Assembly (NCBI GenBank): GCA_034521815.1
Contig: JAXHLW010000013.1
Coordinates: forward strand, 512,001 to 576,000
Direction of reading: 5' to 3'
DNA from: Trueperaceae bacterium
GTDB taxonomy: Bacteria; Deinococcota; Deinococci; Deinococcales; Trueperaceae
DNA: 64,000 bases
A program made the translations under genes and the position numbers. Positions 10,923-23,627 of the stretch are shown here, piece after piece. Position 1 is the first letter of the stretch, and the number at the start of each line of letters is the position of its first letter. A model generated the notes under the pieces. That model was not told where the DNA came from. It saw only the letters and a program-made list of their open reading frames with translations, and did no database searches.

Positions 10923-11667
10923 GATCAATCCACTCGGTTTCCGCCTGGGGGTCAACAAGGTCGCGTCGGCGCGTTGGTACGCCGGCCGGGCCGACTACCC
11001 GCGGTTGCTCGAGGAGGACGAAAAGATCCGGACGTTGATCCACAAGGACGTGGGTCACGCCGGCATCGCGCGCATCGACATCGAGCGCGCCGCCCACAAC
11101 CTGAACATCACCATCTTCACGGCCAAGCCGGGCGTGGTGATCGGGCGCGGTGGCGAGTCGATCAAGGCGCTGCGCGCCCGTCTCGACAAGGACATCGACG
11201 GCACCGTCGGCGTGAACGTTCAAGAGGTGCCGAACGCGAACACGAACGGCATGCTGGTCGCCCAGCGCATCCGCGACCAGCTCGAGCGACGCTTCGCCTT
11301 CCGGCGCGCCATGAAGCAGGCCGTGCAGCGCACCATGGAGTCCGGCGCCAAAGGGGTCAAGATCCGCTGCTCCGGCCGCCTCGGCGGGAGCGAGCAGGCC
11401 CGCCCCGAGTGGTACGCCGACGGTCGCGTGCCGCTGCAGACGTTGCGTGCGGACATCGACTACGGCACGGCCGAAGCCAAGACCAGCTACGGCATCGTGG
11501 GCGTCAAGGCGTGGGTGTTCCACGGCGAGATCGTCGGCGACCGGCAGCGCCAGGCCGCCGTGCTGCCCCGGGTCCGGACCGACGAGGACAAGAAGAAGCG
11601 CCGCCGCCCGGCTCGCAAGCGTGACCAGGCCGGTGGCCGCCGTACCCGCGTGAAGAGGGAGTCCTGA
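10912..11667 (+). CDS. rpsC: 30S ribosomal protein S3
   Basis: [37 protein letters not shown]. Confidence 0.98.
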   Translation: MGNKINPLGFRLGVNKVASARWYAGRADYPRLLEEDEKIRTLIHKDVGHAGIARIDIERAAHNLNITIFTAKPGVVIGRGGESIKALRARLDKDIDGTVGVNVQEVPNANTNGMLVAQRIRDQLERRFAFRRAMKQAVQRTMESGAKGVKIRCSGRLGGSEQARPEWYADGRVPLQTLRADIDYGTAEAKTSYGIVGVKAWVFHGEIVGDRQRQAAVLPRVRTDEDKKKRRRPARKRDQAGGRRTRVKRES

Positions 11668-12092
11668 TGCTTCTTCCCAAGCGCGTCAAATACCGCAAGC
11701 AGTTCCGCGGTCGCATGCAGGGTGATACCAAGGGCGGCGACTACGTCGCGTTCGGCGACTACGCTCTGGTCGCGATGGAGCCCGCCTGGATCAAGTCCAA
11801 CCAGATCGAGGCGTGCCGCATCACCATGAGCCGCTACTTCCGGCGCGGCGGCAAGATCTACATTCGGATCTTCCCCGACAAGCCGGTCACCAAGAAGCCG
11901 CAGGAAGTGCGGATGGGGAAGGGCAAGGGCGCGGTCGAGTTCTGGGTCGCCGTCGTCAAGCCCGGCCGAATCCTGTTCGAGGTCGCCAACGTGACCGAGG
12001 CGCAAGCCAAGGAAGCGTTCCGCCTCGCGGCGCACAAGCTGCCGATCCAGACCAAGATGGTCTCGCGGGAGATCTACGATGAAGCCCAATGA
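11667..12092 (+). CDS. rplP: 50S ribosomal protein L16
   Basis: [20 protein letters not shown]. Confidence 0.98.
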   Translation: MLLPKRVKYRKQFRGRMQGDTKGGDYVAFGDYALVAMEPAWIKSNQIEACRITMSRYFRRGGKIYIRIFPDKPVTKKPQEVRMGKGKGAVEFWVAVVKPGRILFEVANVTEAQAKEAFRLAAHKLPIQTKMVSREIYDEAQ

Positions 12093-12270
12093 GATCCGCA
12101 ACCTGACGGCCGAGGAGATCACGGCCGAGGTGGACGCCAGGCGCGAGGAGCTCCTCGACCTGCGGTTCCAGGCGGCGGTCGGCCAGGCCTCCAACCCGCG
12201 GCGCATCCGCGAGGCCAAGCGTGAGATCGCACGCCTGATGACGATCGCCTCGGAGAAGGAGAACGCGTGA
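12079..12270 (+). CDS. rpmC: 50S ribosomal protein L29
   Basis: [23 protein letters not shown]; operon position. Confidence 0.95.
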   Translation: MKPNEIRNLTAEEITAEVDARREELLDLRFQAAVGQASNPRRIREAKREIARLMTIASEKENA

Positions 12271-12512
12271 AGAAGGTCATGCAGGGGCGCGTCGTCAGCG
12301 ACGCGGCCGAAAAGACGGTGACCGTCTCGGTCGAGCGGCGCTTCAAGCACCCGCTCTACGGGAAGGTCGTGAGCACCAACAAGAAGTACCTCGCGCACGA
12401 CGAATCGAACGCCTACGGCGTCGGCGACCTGGTCGAGATCGTCTCGGCCCGTCCGCTGAGCAAGCGCAAACGATTCGTGGTCACGAGGCTTCTCGAGAAG
12501 GCACGCAGCTAA
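12267..12512 (+). CDS. rpsQ: 30S ribosomal protein S17
   Basis: [22 protein letters not shown]. Confidence 0.97.
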   Translation: MKKVMQGRVVSDAAEKTVTVSVERRFKHPLYGKVVSTNKKYLAHDESNAYGVGDLVEIVSARPLSKRKRFVVTRLLEKARS

Positions 12513-12526
12513 GCCCCGGAGGCATC

Positions 12527-12895
12527 GTGATTCAACAGGAGACCTATCTCGACGTCGCCGACAACTCCGGTGCGAGACGCATTCAGTGCATCCGCGTGCT
12601 CGGGACCGGCCAGCAGTTCGTCGGTGGCGTGGGCGACGTGATCGTCGCCGCGGTGAAGGACGCCATCCCGCAGGGCCAAGTCAAGAAGGGCGAAGTGGTC
12701 CGCGCCGTCGTCGTCCGCACCAAGAAGGAGATCAACCGCAAGGACGGCTCGTCGATCCGATTCGATACGAACGCCGCCGTCCTGATCAACCCGCAGAACG
12801 AGCCGCGCGGAACGCGCGTGTTCGGGCCCGTCGCGCGGGAGCTGCGTGAGAAGCGCTTCATGCGCATCGTCTCGCTGGCGCCGGAGGTGCTGTGA
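12527..12895 (+). CDS. rplN: 50S ribosomal protein L14
   Basis: [29 protein letters not shown]. Confidence 0.98.
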   Translation: MIQQETYLDVADNSGARRIQCIRVLGTGQQFVGGVGDVIVAAVKDAIPQGQVKKGEVVRAVVVRTKKEINRKDGSSIRFDTNAAVLINPQNEPRGTRVFGPVARELREKRFMRIVSLAPEVL

Positions 12896-13236
12896 TGGCC
12901 GCCACGACCAAAGCCGCCAAGACCAAGCTGAAGACGGGCGACCAGGTCCGCGTCATCGCCGGCAAGCACAAGGGGCTCGAGGGCGAGGTCATCGCCGTCC
13001 ACCGCGACACCGGTCGCGTGCTGGTCGAAGGCGTGAACGTGATCAAGAAGGCCCTGCGCCCCACGCAGGAGAACCCGCGCGGAGGCTTCCGCGAGCAGGA
13101 GGCCCCGATTCACGTCAGCAACGTGCAGGTGCTCGACCCGTCCTCGGGCGAGCCGACCCGCATCGGCGTGAAGATCGGCGAGGAAGGCCGCAAGGTCCGC
13201 GTCGCCAAGAAGAGCGGGGTGGAGCTCGATGGCTGA
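12895..13236 (+). CDS. rplX: 50S ribosomal protein L24
   Basis: [22 protein letters not shown]. Confidence 0.97.
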   Translation: MAATTKAAKTKLKTGDQVRVIAGKHKGLEGEVIAVHRDTGRVLVEGVNVIKKALRPTQENPRGGFREQEAPIHVSNVQVLDPSSGEPTRIGVKIGEEGRKVRVAKKSGVELDG

Positions 13237-13246
13237 GGAGGCCGTC

Positions 13247-13795
13247 ATGACCAAGGTGGAGCTGCCGATCAAGGCGCGCTACGCCGACATCCGCGAGACG
13301 CTCGTCGAGCGCCACGGCTACGCCAATCCGATGGCGATTCCGAAGGTGAGCAAGATCGTCCTGAACATGGGCGTCGGCGAGGCGAAAGAGGACAAGAAGG
13401 TCCTCGACAAGGCCTCCTCGGACCTCGCTCAGATCGCCTTGCAGCGTCCGGTCGTCACCAAGGCGAAGAAGTCGGTGTCGAACTTCAAGATCCGGGCCGG
13501 CATGCCGGTCGGCGTGAAGGTCACGCTGCGCGGCGAGCGCATGTGGGCGTTCCTCGACAAGCTGATCAACGTCGCGCTTCCGCGCGTCCGCGACTTCCGC
13601 GGCATCAGCGCCAACAGCTTCGATGGGCGCGGCAACTACAACCTCGGGCTCCGCGAGCAGCTGGTGTTTCCCGAGCTGAGCTACGATTCCGTCGACGCGA
13701 TCCGCGGTCTGGACTGCGTCATCGTCACCTCCGCCGAGACCGACGAAGAAGCGCGCAGCCTGCTCGAGCTTCTCGGCATGCCGTTCAGGAAGTAA
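13247..13795 (+). CDS. rplE: 50S ribosomal protein L5
   Basis: [36 protein letters not shown] before ATG 13247. Confidence 0.97.
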   Translation: MTKVELPIKARYADIRETLVERHGYANPMAIPKVSKIVLNMGVGEAKEDKKVLDKASSDLAQIALQRPVVTKAKKSVSNFKIRAGMPVGVKVTLRGERMWAFLDKLINVALPRVRDFRGISANSFDGRGNYNLGLREQLVFPELSYDSVDAIRGLDCVIVTSAETDEEARSLLELLGMPFRK

Positions 13796-13804
13796 GGAGG
13801 CCCC

Positions 13805-13990
13805 GTGGCCACCAAAGCGAAGATCGCCAAGTCCAAGAGGACGCCCAAGTTCGAGGTTCGAGGCGTGAGCCGCTGCAGCCGCTGCGGTCGGGCCCGTGCC
13901 TACATGCGGGATTTCGGCCTGTGCCGGATCTGCATGCGGGAGATGGCCCACAAGGGGTACCTCCCGGGCGTCACCAAGTCGAGCTGGTAA
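13805..13990 (+). CDS. rpsN: 30S ribosomal protein S14 (type Z, zinc-binding)
   Basis: 61 aa with CSRC and CRIC motifs, LPGVTKSSW. Confidence 0.96.
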   Translation: MATKAKIAKSKRTPKFEVRGVSRCSRCGRARAYMRDFGLCRICMREMAHKGYLPGVTKSSW

Positions 13991-14065
13991 GCACAAGACA
14001 GACATCCCGTTCCAGGGGTGAAGGCCGGCGATATGGTCGCCGGTACCTACTCCACGGAGGCAAAC

Positions 14066-14461
14066 GTGCACTCTGATCCCATTGCAGACATGCTGAACCG
14101 GATCCGCAACGCGGTGGCCGTCGGCCACGCGCATGTGGACGTCCCCGCCAGCAACTTCAAGAAGGCGCTCGCGACCCTGCTGGTCCGCGAGGGCTACCTC
14201 AAGAACGTCGCCGAGGTCGAGGTGGAAGGCCGCCCGCAGCTCCGTATCGGGCTGAAGTACGGTCCGAAGCGGCGACCCATCATCAACAAGATGACGCGGG
14301 TGTCGAAGCCCGGCCGGCGCGCCTACACGAAGTCCAAGCACGTCCCCGTCGTCCGCGGCGGCCTGGGCGTCGCGGTCGTCTCGACCTCCCAAGGCCTTCT
14401 CGCCGACCGCGAAGCGCGCCGCAACGGCGTCGGTGGCGAGATCGTCTGCGAGGTGTGGTGA
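14066..14461 (+). CDS. rpsH: 30S ribosomal protein S8
   Basis: SD GGAGG then [32 protein letters not shown]. Confidence 0.97.
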   Translation: MHSDPIADMLNRIRNAVAVGHAHVDVPASNFKKALATLLVREGYLKNVAEVEVEGRPQLRIGLKYGPKRRPIINKMTRVSKPGRRAYTKSKHVPVVRGGLGVAVVSTSQGLLADREARRNGVGGEIVCEVW

Positions 14462-15006
14462 TGTCTCGCATCGGTCGCAGCCCCATTTCGGTGCCCAGCG
14501 GCGTCGAGGTCGCGGTCGAGGACCGCGGCGCCACCGTGAAGGTCAAGGGACCCAAGGGCGACCTGACGATCACGATCGATCCGCGCATCACCATCAAGAA
14601 CGACGACGGCGTCCTGGCGTTCGAGCGCCCCAGCGACCACCGCGAAGACCGTGCCCAGCACGGCTTGGCGCGCAGCCTGGTGGCGAACGCGATCGCCGGC
14701 GTGACCGAGGGCTTCACCAAGAAGCTCGAGATCCAAGGCGTCGGCTACCGCTGCCAGATGAAGGGCCAGAACCTCGAGCTGGCGCTCGGCTACTCGCACC
14801 CCGTCGTGATCACGCCGCCCGATGGCGTCACGATCCAGGCGCCGGAGCCGACCCGGATCGAAGTGAGCGGCATCGACAAGCAGCTCGTGGGCCAGGTCGC
14901 GGCCGACATCCGTGCCAAGCGGCCGCCCGACAGCTACCACGGCAAAGGCGTCCGCTACGCCGGCGAGTACGTCCGACTGAAGGCCGGCAAGGCCGCGTCC
15001 CGCTGA
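14461..15006 (+). CDS. rplF: 50S ribosomal protein L6
   Basis: [29 protein letters not shown]. Confidence 0.98.
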   Translation: MSRIGRSPISVPSGVEVAVEDRGATVKVKGPKGDLTITIDPRITIKNDDGVLAFERPSDHREDRAQHGLARSLVANAIAGVTEGFTKKLEIQGVGYRCQMKGQNLELALGYSHPVVITPPDGVTIQAPEPTRIEVSGIDKQLVGQVAADIRAKRPPDSYHGKGVRYAGEYVRLKAGKAASR

Positions 15007-15026
15007 CCCCGGAAGGGAGCGAAACG

Positions 15027-15374
15027 ATGAACCAGCTCAATGCCAAGCAACGCCGCACCTTCCGCACGCGGCGCTCCATCCGACGGCCGGTCGACAACGG
15101 TCGCCTGCGCCTGACGGTGTTCCGCAGCGCCCGCTACATCTACGCCCAAGTGATCGACGATCGCACCGGTCGCACGGTGGCCGAAGCCAACAGCAAGACG
15201 CTCTCGGTCGACGGCGACAAGACCGCGCAGGCCAGCGCCGTCGGCAAGGCGGTCGCCGAGCGCGCCCGCACCGCCGGCGCCACGCGCGTCGTGTTCGACC
15301 GGGGACCGTACCGCTACCACGGCCGCGTCAAGGCTCTTGCCGACGGCGCACGCGAAGGAGGACTCGAGTTCTGA
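15027..15374 (+). CDS. rplR: 50S ribosomal protein L18
   Basis: [43 protein letters not shown]. Confidence 0.97.
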   Translation: MNQLNAKQRRTFRTRRSIRRPVDNGRLRLTVFRSARYIYAQVIDDRTGRTVAEANSKTLSVDGDKTAQASAVGKAVAERARTAGATRVVFDRGPYRYHGRVKALADGAREGGLEF

Positions 15375-15847
15375 TGGCTGAACAGGATTTCGAAGACAAG
15401 GTCATCTTCATCAGGCGTACCGCCAAGACGTACAAGGGCGGACGCAGGTTCCGTTTCGGCGCCATGGTGGTCATCGGTGATCGCCAGGGACGCGTCGGCG
15501 TCGGCCTGGGCAAGGCGAAGGAAGTCCCGATCGCGGTGCAGAAGGGCCAGTACGTCGCGCGCCGCAACCTGATCGAGGTGCCCATCGAAGAGCCCGGCAC
15601 GATTCCGCACGAGGTGCTCGGTGCGCACAGCACCAGCCGCGTGATGCTGAAGCCGGCCGGAGCGGGTACCGGCGTGATCGCCGGCAGCGTTCCCCGCGCC
15701 ATCGTCGAGCTCGCCGGCTACCGCAACCTGCTCACCAAGGAGCTGGGCTCGCGCAACCAGACGAACGTCGCGTACGCGGTCATCGACGGGCTCAAGCAGC
15801 TCAAGACCTTCGCCGAGTCGAAGGCCGAGCGGGACCGGGCGGAATGA
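15374..15847 (+). CDS. rpsE: 30S ribosomal protein S5
   Basis: [22 protein letters not shown]. Confidence 0.98.
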   Translation: MAEQDFEDKVIFIRRTAKTYKGGRRFRFGAMVVIGDRQGRVGVGLGKAKEVPIAVQKGQYVARRNLIEVPIEEPGTIPHEVLGAHSTSRVMLKPAGAGTGVIAGSVPRAIVELAGYRNLLTKELGSRNQTNVAYAVIDGLKQLKTFAESKAERDRAE

Positions 15848-16023
15848 TGCGCATCACCCTCACACGTAGCCTGATCGGCGTGCCGAAGGACCAGAAGGCC
15901 ACCGTCCACGCGCTCGGTCTGCGCAAGACCGGCGACACGCGCGAGGTGAAGGACACGCCCGACGTCCAGGGGATGGTCGACAAGGTCGCCTACCTCCTGA
16001 CCATCGAAGGGAACCCCTCGTGA
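15847..16023 (+). CDS. rpmD: 50S ribosomal protein L30 (absent from ORF track)
   Basis: Manual translation [58 protein letters not shown]. Confidence 0.95.
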   Translation: MRITLTRSLIGVPKDQKATVHALGLRKTGDTREVKDTPDVQGMVDKVAYLLTIEGNPS

Positions 16024-16475
16024 AACTGAACGATCTCAAGCCCGCGAAGGGCGCCACCAAGGCCCGTCGCCGTGTCGGCCGAGGCCTCGGCAGCGGTCGC
16101 GGCAAGACCGCCGGCCGCGGCCAGAAGGGCCAGGCCTCGCGCAGCGGATTCAGTCAGGGAGCCGGCTGGGAAGGCGGCCGCTCGCGGCTGGTCATGCGCC
16201 TGCCCAAGCGCGGCTTCACCCGCGTGAAGGAGCCCGTCCAGATCGTGAACGTCGGCGATCTCGAGGCGTTCGACGACGGCACCGTGGTGACTGCGGAGCT
16301 GCTCGCAGATGCCGGCCTGGTGCGTCGTCTCGATCGGCCGGTCAAGCTGCTCGGCGACGGCGAGCTCACCAAGAAGCTCCAGATCGACCTAGACGCCGTC
16401 AGTCGCGGTGCCGCCAGCGCGGTCGCCGCCGCCGGCGGTTCCGTGAAGGGCGCGGCGGCCGAGGAGTCGGCCTGA
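16020..16475 (+). CDS. rplO: 50S ribosomal protein L15
   Basis: RVGRGLGSGRGKTAGRGQKGQ, RLPKRGF. Confidence 0.97.
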   Translation: MKLNDLKPAKGATKARRRVGRGLGSGRGKTAGRGQKGQASRSGFSQGAGWEGGRSRLVMRLPKRGFTRVKEPVQIVNVGDLEAFDDGTVVTAELLADAGLVRRLDRPVKLLGDGELTKKLQIDLDAVSRGAASAVAAAGGSVKGAAAEESA

Positions 16476-17794
16476 TGCTCGCGGCCTTCCGCAACGCCGC
16501 GGCCATTCCGGCTCTGCGCGCGAAGCTGCTGGTGACCATCGGCCTGCTGTCGGTGTACCGGCTGCTGGTGTTCATCCCCACGCCGGGGATCGACATCGAC
16601 CGACTGCGGGAGGGGAGCTTCGGACAGGGCGACATCTTCACCCTGCTCAACTTCATCTCGGGCGGCAACTTCGAGGTGTTCTCGATCGCCGCTCTCGGTG
16701 TCATCCCGTACATCACGGCGAGCATCATCGTGCAGCTCCTGCAGTCCACCTGGCCCCCGCTCGAGAAGCTGGCCAAGGAGGGCGAGGAGGGCCGTCGCAA
16801 GATCACCCAGTACACCCGCTACGGCGCCACGGCGCTCGGGGCGGTCCAGGCGGTGTTCCTCGCGATCGCGCTGCTCGGTCCCTCCGGCGCCCTCAAGGTC
16901 GGCTGGAGCAACGGCCCGTTCTTCTGGTTCATCGTCCTGGTCACGCAGGTCGCCGGCGTCTCGCTGGTGATGTGGCTGGGCGAGAAGATCAGCGAGCACG
17001 GCGTCGGCAACGGCATCTCGCTCATCATCTACGCCGGCATCGTCGCCGCCTTCCCGGGCGCCATCACGCAGCAGTTCGCGCTGATCGGCCGCGGCGAAGG
17101 GAACCTGTTCGGACTGCTGTTCTTCTTCGCGCTGCTGATCGTGGCGCTCGCGGGGATGGTGCTCATCCAACAGGCCGAACGGCGGATCCCGGTCCAGTAC
17201 GCACGCAAGGTGGTCGGGCGGCGCGTCATGGGCGGCCAGTCCACCTACATTCCGCTGCGCCTCAACGCCGCCGGCGTGATTCCGATCATCTTCGCGGTGT
17301 CGATCATCATCCTGCCCCAGACGCTGATCGGGGCGTTCCCCGACATCGGCTGGCTCCAGGCGATCGGTGCCTGGTTCAACCCCGCCCAGTGGCAGGGCCT
17401 GATCACCTCGACCGCGCTGATCGTCGCGTTCACCTACTTCTACACGCAGATCAGCTTCGACCCGCGGCGGATCAGCGAGAACCTCCGCGAGTACGGCGGC
17501 TTCGTGCCGGGCGTCCGTCCCGGCCAGCCCACGACCGATCACCTGACCCGGATCACCAGCCGGATCACCCTCTGGGGGGCGTTGTTCCTGGGCGCCGTGA
17601 ACGCGCTTCCGCAGACGCTCGCCTGGATCACCGGCGCCGGTCAGCTGTCGTTCGTGTTCAGCGGCATCGGCCTGCTCATCATGGTCGGCGTCGCGCTCGA
17701 CACGCTGCGGCAGCTCGAGTCGCAGCTGATGATGCGGCACTACGAAGGGTTCGTCTCGAAGGGGCGGATCCGCGGTCGCGGACGGCGATTCTGA
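16475..17794 (+). CDS. secY: Preprotein translocase subunit SecY
   Basis: ALGVIPYITASIIVQLL, GVGNGISLII, RRIPVQYA, GGFVPGVRPG; many TM helices. Confidence 0.98.
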   Translation: MLAAFRNAAAIPALRAKLLVTIGLLSVYRLLVFIPTPGIDIDRLREGSFGQGDIFTLLNFISGGNFEVFSIAALGVIPYITASIIVQLLQSTWPPLEKLAKEGEEGRRKITQYTRYGATALGAVQAVFLAIALLGPSGALKVGWSNGPFFWFIVLVTQVAGVSLVMWLGEKISEHGVGNGISLIIYAGIVAAFPGAITQQFALIGRGEGNLFGLLFFFALLIVALAGMVLIQQAERRIPVQYARKVVGRRVMGGQSTYIPLRLNAAGVIPIIFAVSIIILPQTLIGAFPDIGWLQAIGAWFNPAQWQGLITSTALIVAFTYFYTQISFDPRRISENLREYGGFVPGVRPGQPTTDHLTRITSRITLWGALFLGAVNALPQTLAWITGAGQLSFVFSGIGLLIMVGVALDTLRQLESQLMMRHYEGFVSKGRIRGRGRRF

Positions 17795-18360
17795 TGGCGT
17801 CCGAAGTGATCCTGCTGATGGGACCGCCCGGAGCCGGCAAGGGCACGCAAGCCGCTCGCCTGGCGTCGGCCGAGGGCCTGCGCAAGATCTCGACGGGCGA
17901 CATGCTGCGCGCCCACGTGGCCGAGCGCAGCGAGCTGGGCACGAAGGCGGAGGCGATCATGAAGGCCGGCGATCTGGTGCCGGACGACCTGATCGTCGCG
18001 ATGGTCCGGCGCGAGGTCGAGGCCATGGACACCGTCCGCATGCTGCTCGACGGCTTTCCCCGCACGCCGGGGCAAGCGAAGGCGCTCGACGAGCTCCTCG
18101 CCGAGTTCGGCACGGAGATGACCGCCGCGGTTCTGCTCGAGGTGCCCGAGGACGAGCTGGTCCGGCGCCTGGTGCTCCGCGCGGAGGAAGAGGGCCGTGA
18201 GGACGACGACGAGGCCACCGTGCGCAAGCGCATGGAGGTGTACCGGTCCTCGACGCGTCCGCTGATCGAGTTCTACGAGAAGCGCGGTCTGCTGAAGCGT
18301 GTGGACGGCGTCGGCGATGTCGACGAGGTGACCGGACGGATTCAAGGGGTGCTTTCTTGA
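17794..18360 (+). CDS. adk: Adenylate kinase (short-LID type)
   Basis: GPPGAGKGTQA, ISTGDMLR, LLDGFPRT. Confidence 0.97.
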   Translation: MASEVILLMGPPGAGKGTQAARLASAEGLRKISTGDMLRAHVAERSELGTKAEAIMKAGDLVPDDLIVAMVRREVEAMDTVRMLLDGFPRTPGQAKALDELLAEFGTEMTAAVLLEVPEDELVRRLVLRAEEEGREDDDEATVRKRMEVYRSSTRPLIEFYEKRGLLKRVDGVGDVDEVTGRIQGVLS

Positions 18361-19142
18361 TCCTCAAGCGGCCCAGCGAGATCGCCGCCATGGCGGACGC
18401 CGCGGTGATCAACCGCGAGGCGCTCGAGGCGGTCGAGGCCGCCTTGGCGCCGGGCGTCACCACCGCCGAGTTGAACGCAGTGGCCGAAGAGGTTATCCTA
18501 CGGAGCGGTGGCCGCCCTGCATTCAAGGGCTACCGCGGATTTCCCGCGACGCTGTGCACCTCCGTCAACGAGGTCGTCGTCCACGGCATACCGGACGACC
18601 GACCCCTGAACGAAGGCGACATCGTCTCGATCGACGTCGGAACGTTCTACAAGGGCTACGCCGCCGACCAGGCGAAGACCTACGCGGTCGGCGAGATTCC
18701 CGAAGCGACCCGGCGTCTGCTCGACGCGACCGAGCGCTCCCTCTACGCCGGTATCGAGCGAGCACGACCGGGAAACCGCCTGGGCGACGTGTCCGCGGCC
18801 ATTCAGGACGTCGTCGAGGAGGCAGGGATGTGGGTGGTACGCGAGTTCGTGGGGCACGGCATCGGCCGTGAGTTCCACGAAGGACCGGACGTGCCCAACT
18901 TCGGCCGCGCCGGCACGGGACCCGTGCTCCGGCCCGGTCTGGTCCTGGCGATCGAGCCGATGGTGACGCTCACGCGCACCTCGGTCATCGTTCTGGACGA
19001 CGGATGGACGGCGCCCACCGAGAACGGGGCTCCGGCCGCGCACTTCGAGCACACCGTGGCCGTCACCGAGGACGGACCACGCATTCTGACCGCGAAGGAG
19101 ACGATGGCGCAGACTGCACAGGGAGGACACGATGGCGCGTAG
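18357..19142 (+). CDS. map: Methionine aminopeptidase type I
   Basis: [34 protein letters not shown]. Confidence 0.97.
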   Translation: MILKRPSEIAAMADAAVINREALEAVEAALAPGVTTAELNAVAEEVILRSGGRPAFKGYRGFPATLCTSVNEVVVHGIPDDRPLNEGDIVSIDVGTFYKGYAADQAKTYAVGEIPEATRRLLDATERSLYAGIERARPGNRLGDVSAAIQDVVEEAGMWVVREFVGHGIGREFHEGPDVPNFGRAGTGPVLRPGLVLAIEPMVTLTRTSVIVLDDGWTAPTENGAPAAHFEHTVAVTEDGPRILTAKETMAQTAQGGHDGA

Positions 19143-19425
19143 ACGAGGTGGCGGACGAGGCGGCCGACGAGGCGGCCGAGGACGCACGGAGAACCGCCAG
19201 AAGGGGAACGAGACCACGCAGGACTCGATCCGAACCGAAGGCGTGGTCCTCGAGGCGCGCCCCAATACGACCTTCCTGGTGCAGCTCGACGCCGGGCCGG
19301 AGATCCTGGCCCACGTGGGCGGAAAGATGCGCCGACACTACATCCGCATCCTGCCCGGCGACCGCGTCGTCGTCGAGATCAGCACCTACGACCCGGAAAA
19401 GGGTCGGATCGTGTACCGAAAGTAG
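19132..19425 (+). CDS. infA: Translation initiation factor IF-1 with Arg/Gly-rich N-terminal extension
   Basis: [40 protein letters not shown]. Confidence 0.96.
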   Translation: MARRRGGGRGGRRGGRGRTENRQKGNETTQDSIRTEGVVLEARPNTTFLVQLDAGPEILAHVGGKMRRHYIRILPGDRVVVEISTYDPEKGRIVYRK

Positions 19426-19432
19426 GGGTGTC

Positions 19433-19549
19433 ATGAAAGTACGGGCCAGCGTCAAACCGATGTGCTCCAGCTGCAAGGTGATCCGGCGAGCCGGGCGGGT
19501 CTACGTCATCTGTTCCTCCAATCCGAAGCACAAGCAGAGGCAGGGGTAA
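19433..19549 (+). CDS. rpmJ: 50S ribosomal protein L36
   Basis: [38 protein letters not shown]. Confidence 0.97.
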   Translation: MKVRASVKPMCSSCKVIRRAGRVYVICSSNPKHKQRQG

Positions 19550-19553
19550 GCGA

Positions 19554-19934
19554 ATGGCACGAATCGCAGGAGTCGATCTTCCACGGGACAAGCGCGTCGA
19601 GCATGCGCTGCCCTACATCTACGGCATCGGCCTCACACGGTCGCGCGCCATTCTCGAAGCGACCGGCGTCGATCCCGACACCCGGGTGAAGGACCTCGCC
19701 GAGTCCGAAGTCGCCAAGCTGCGCGACATCGTCGACAGCCAGTACAAGGTCGAAGGCGATCTGCGCCGCGAGGTGCAGCTCAACATCAAGCGTCTCATGG
19801 ACATCGGCTGCTACCGCGGTCTCCGTCACCGCCGCGGCCTTCCCGTGCGGGGCCAGTCCACCAAGACCAACGCCCGCACCCGCAAGGGACCGCGTCGCAC
19901 CGTCGCCGGCAAGAAGAAGGCGCCGAGGAAGTAG
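19554..19934 (+). CDS. rpsM: 30S ribosomal protein S13
   Basis: [25 protein letters not shown]. Confidence 0.98.
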   Translation: MARIAGVDLPRDKRVEHALPYIYGIGLTRSRAILEATGVDPDTRVKDLAESEVAKLRDIVDSQYKVEGDLRREVQLNIKRLMDIGCYRGLRHRRGLPVRGQSTKTNARTRKGPRRTVAGKKKAPRK

Positions 19935-19946
19935 GGGTAGACCACC

Positions 19947-20354
19947 GTGGCCAAGCAGACCACCAAAACCGCGAAAGGCAAGGCGCCGCGCAAGCGCGTC
20001 AGGCGCAACCTCGTCGAGGGCAAGGCGTACATCCACGCCAGCTACAACAACACCATCATCACGATCACCGATCCTGATGGCAACACGGTGGCGTGGTCGT
20101 CGTCCGGATCGATCGGCTACAAGGGATCGAAGAAGGGCACGCCGTACGCCGCCCAGCTCGCGGCCGCCGATGCGACCCGCAAGGCGCAGAACATGGGCCT
20201 CTCGACCCTCGACATCGTCATCCGCGGGACCGGCTCGGGCCGTGAGCAGGCGATCCGATCGATCCAGGGCACCGGCGTGAACGTGCGCTCGATCATCGAC
20301 GACACCCCGACCCCGCACAACGGCTGCCGCCTCAGCAAGCGGCGTCGGCAGTAA
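19947..20354 (+). CDS. rpsK: 30S ribosomal protein S11
   Basis: HASYNNTII, KGTPYAAQ, PTPHNGCR. Confidence 0.98.
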   Translation: MAKQTTKTAKGKAPRKRVRRNLVEGKAYIHASYNNTIITITDPDGNTVAWSSSGSIGYKGSKKGTPYAAQLAAADATRKAQNMGLSTLDIVIRGTGSGREQAIRSIQGTGVNVRSIIDDTPTPHNGCRLSKRRRQ

Positions 20355-20366
20355 GGCAGGAGGATC

Positions 20367-20984
20367 ATGGGCCGATACCGAGGACCGATCGTCAAGCTCA
20401 GCCGCCGCGAAGGGGTGAACCTCGCCGAGACCCCCAAGGTGCAGAAGTACATGGAGCGCCGCCCCTACCCTCCCGGAGAGCACGGGCAGCGTCGTCGCCG
20501 GCGTATCAGCGACTACGGCGTCCGTCTGCGCGAGAAGCAGAAGCTTCGCTTCCTGTACAACATGAGCGAGAGGCAGTTCGCGAGCCTGTTCGTCGAGGCC
20601 TCCAAGGCCGAGGGCGCGACCGGCACGGTGTTCCTGCAGCTGCTCGAGCGTCGTCTCGACAACGTCGTGTACCGCATGGGCATCGCCCACACGCGGCGTC
20701 AGGCGCGCCAGTTCGTCGGGCACGGCCACATCGCCGTGAACGGGCGGCGGATCGACTCGCCCTCGTACCGGGTGCAGCCCGGCGACGCGATCACCGTCGT
20801 CGAGCGTGCGCGCAAGAACCCGCACATCAAGCAGAACGTCGAGGAGCGCCGCCGCGGCAAGACCCCGCCGTGGCTCGAGTTCGACGGCGAGACGCTGAAA
20901 GGCGTGTTCAAGGCCGTCCCCTCGCGCGAGGACATCGTCGTCCCCGTCAACGAGCTGCAGGTCATCGAGTACTACTCGCGTTGA
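20367..20984 (+). CDS. rpsD: 30S ribosomal protein S4 (non-zinc form)
   Basis: [31 protein letters not shown]. Confidence 0.98.
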   Translation: MGRYRGPIVKLSRREGVNLAETPKVQKYMERRPYPPGEHGQRRRRRISDYGVRLREKQKLRFLYNMSERQFASLFVEASKAEGATGTVFLQLLERRLDNVVYRMGIAHTRRQARQFVGHGHIAVNGRRIDSPSYRVQPGDAITVVERARKNPHIKQNVEERRRGKTPPWLEFDGETLKGVFKAVPSREDIVVPVNELQVIEYYSR

Positions 20985-21001
20985 GCCGCTAGGAGATCAC
21001 C

Positions 21002-21943
21002 GTGCAGATCATCCCCGAATTCAAGGCCAAATCCACGGACCGTTACGGCGAGTTCGTGGTGGAGCCTCTCCAGCGCGGTTTCGGCGTCACCCTGGGGAAC
21101 CCCCTCCGGCGCGTCCTGCTCTCGTCGATCCCCGGCACCGCGGTCACCAGCGTGTACATCGAGGACGTGCTCCACGAGTTCTCGACGATCACCGGGGTCA
21201 AAGAGGACGTCATGCAGATCGTCCTCAACCTCAAGCAGCTCGTCGTCAAGCTCCACGACGGCGAGCCGGTGACCCTGACCCTCCGAGCCGAGAAGGCCGG
21301 GACCGTCACCGCGGGTGACCTCGACGTGCCGATGGGCGCCGAGGTCGTGAACCCGGAGCTGACCCTCGCCACGCTGGGCGAAGGCGCCAAGCTGGTGATG
21401 GAGGTCCGCGTCGATCCCGGCGTGGGCTACGTGCCCGCCGAGCTGCTCCACGGCCACAAGGACCGGATCAACTCGATTCCGATCGACGCCGTGTTCACCC
21501 CGGTGCGCCGCGTCGCCTACCGCGTCGAGGACACCCGCGTCGGCCAGAAGACCGACCTCGACCGCCTGGTCGTCCGCGTCTGGACCGACGGCAGCGTGCT
21601 CCCCAAGGACGCGCTGGACCACGCCGTCGAGATCCTCCGGACGCAGCTGAACGTGTTCGGTGGCGACGGCGTCCAGGTCGAGGAGGACGTCCCCGTCGTG
21701 ACGGTGCCGTCCGCCGCCGGCGAGCCGATCCCGGCCGAAGAGGAGCCGCCCCGCCTCAACCTCGAGAGCCTCGAGCTGTCCAACCGCGTGCTGCACTCGC
21801 TGCAGGAGGAAGGGATCGACTCGGTCAATGCGCTCATGGCGCTGTCCGAGCGCGACCTCAAGCGGGTCAGCGGCATCGGGGAGAAGTCGCTCGACGAGAT
21901 CCGCGAACGCCTTTCGGCGCGCGGCATGAAGCTGAAGGAGTAA
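21002..21943 (+). CDS. rpoA: RNA polymerase alpha subunit
   Basis: [47 protein letters not shown]. Confidence 0.98.
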   Translation: MQIIPEFKAKSTDRYGEFVVEPLQRGFGVTLGNPLRRVLLSSIPGTAVTSVYIEDVLHEFSTITGVKEDVMQIVLNLKQLVVKLHDGEPVTLTLRAEKAGTVTAGDLDVPMGAEVVNPELTLATLGEGAKLVMEVRVDPGVGYVPAELLHGHKDRINSIPIDAVFTPVRRVAYRVEDTRVGQKTDLDRLVVRVWTDGSVLPKDALDHAVEILRTQLNVFGGDGVQVEEDVPVVTVPSAAGEPIPAEEEPPRLNLESLELSNRVLHSLQEEGIDSVNALMALSERDLKRVSGIGEKSLDEIRERLSARGMKLKE

Positions 21944-21945
21944 CG

Positions 21946-22308
21946 ATGCGTCACCTCTCCGCCGGCCGCAAGCTGAACCGGAACAGCAGCCACCGCATCG
22001 CCTTGGCCCGCAGCCAGGCGACGGCGCTGTTCCGACACGGCCGCATCAAGACCACCCTCGTCAAGGCCAAGAACCTCCAGCCGTACGTCGAGAAGCTCAT
22101 CACCACCGCCCGCGGCGGCGACCTGCACGCCCGCAGACTGGTGGCCAAGGAGATCCACGACGTCGAGGTGCTGCGCAAGATCATGGACGAGATCGGCCCC
22201 GCCTACCTGGAGCGCAAGGGCGGCTACACCCGCATCTACCGCCTCGGTCACCGTCGCGGCGACGCGACCCAGGAAGCGCTGATCGAGCTGGTGCAGGCCG
22301 AAGCCTGA
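21946..22308 (+). CDS. rplQ: 50S ribosomal protein L17
   Basis: MRH...[21 protein letters not shown]. Confidence 0.98.
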   Translation: MRHLSAGRKLNRNSSHRIALARSQATALFRHGRIKTTLVKAKNLQPYVEKLITTARGGDLHARRLVAKEIHDVEVLRKIMDEIGPAYLERKGGYTRIYRLGHRRGDATQEALIELVQAEA

Positions 22309-22328
22309 GCCCCGCCACGTCCGCGGCA

Positions 22329-22352
22329 GCGCGGCCTTCGGGCCGCGTTTCG
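22329..22352 (+). terminator. Probable intrinsic terminator of the ribosomal superoperon
   Basis: GCGCGGCC-TTCG-GGCCGCGT then TT; cUUCGg tetraloop, short U tract. Confidence 0.6.
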
Positions 22353-22381
22353 TGCGTCCGCTCCGGCCTCCGGAGCGGACG

Positions 22382-23548
<1,167 letters not shown>

Positions 23549-23627
23549 GCCCCAGCATACCGGCGCCGGACGCGCCGCCCCTCGCGCGCTGCGGGACGGC
23601 AGCGGCGAGGCCTGCGATACTGGACCG

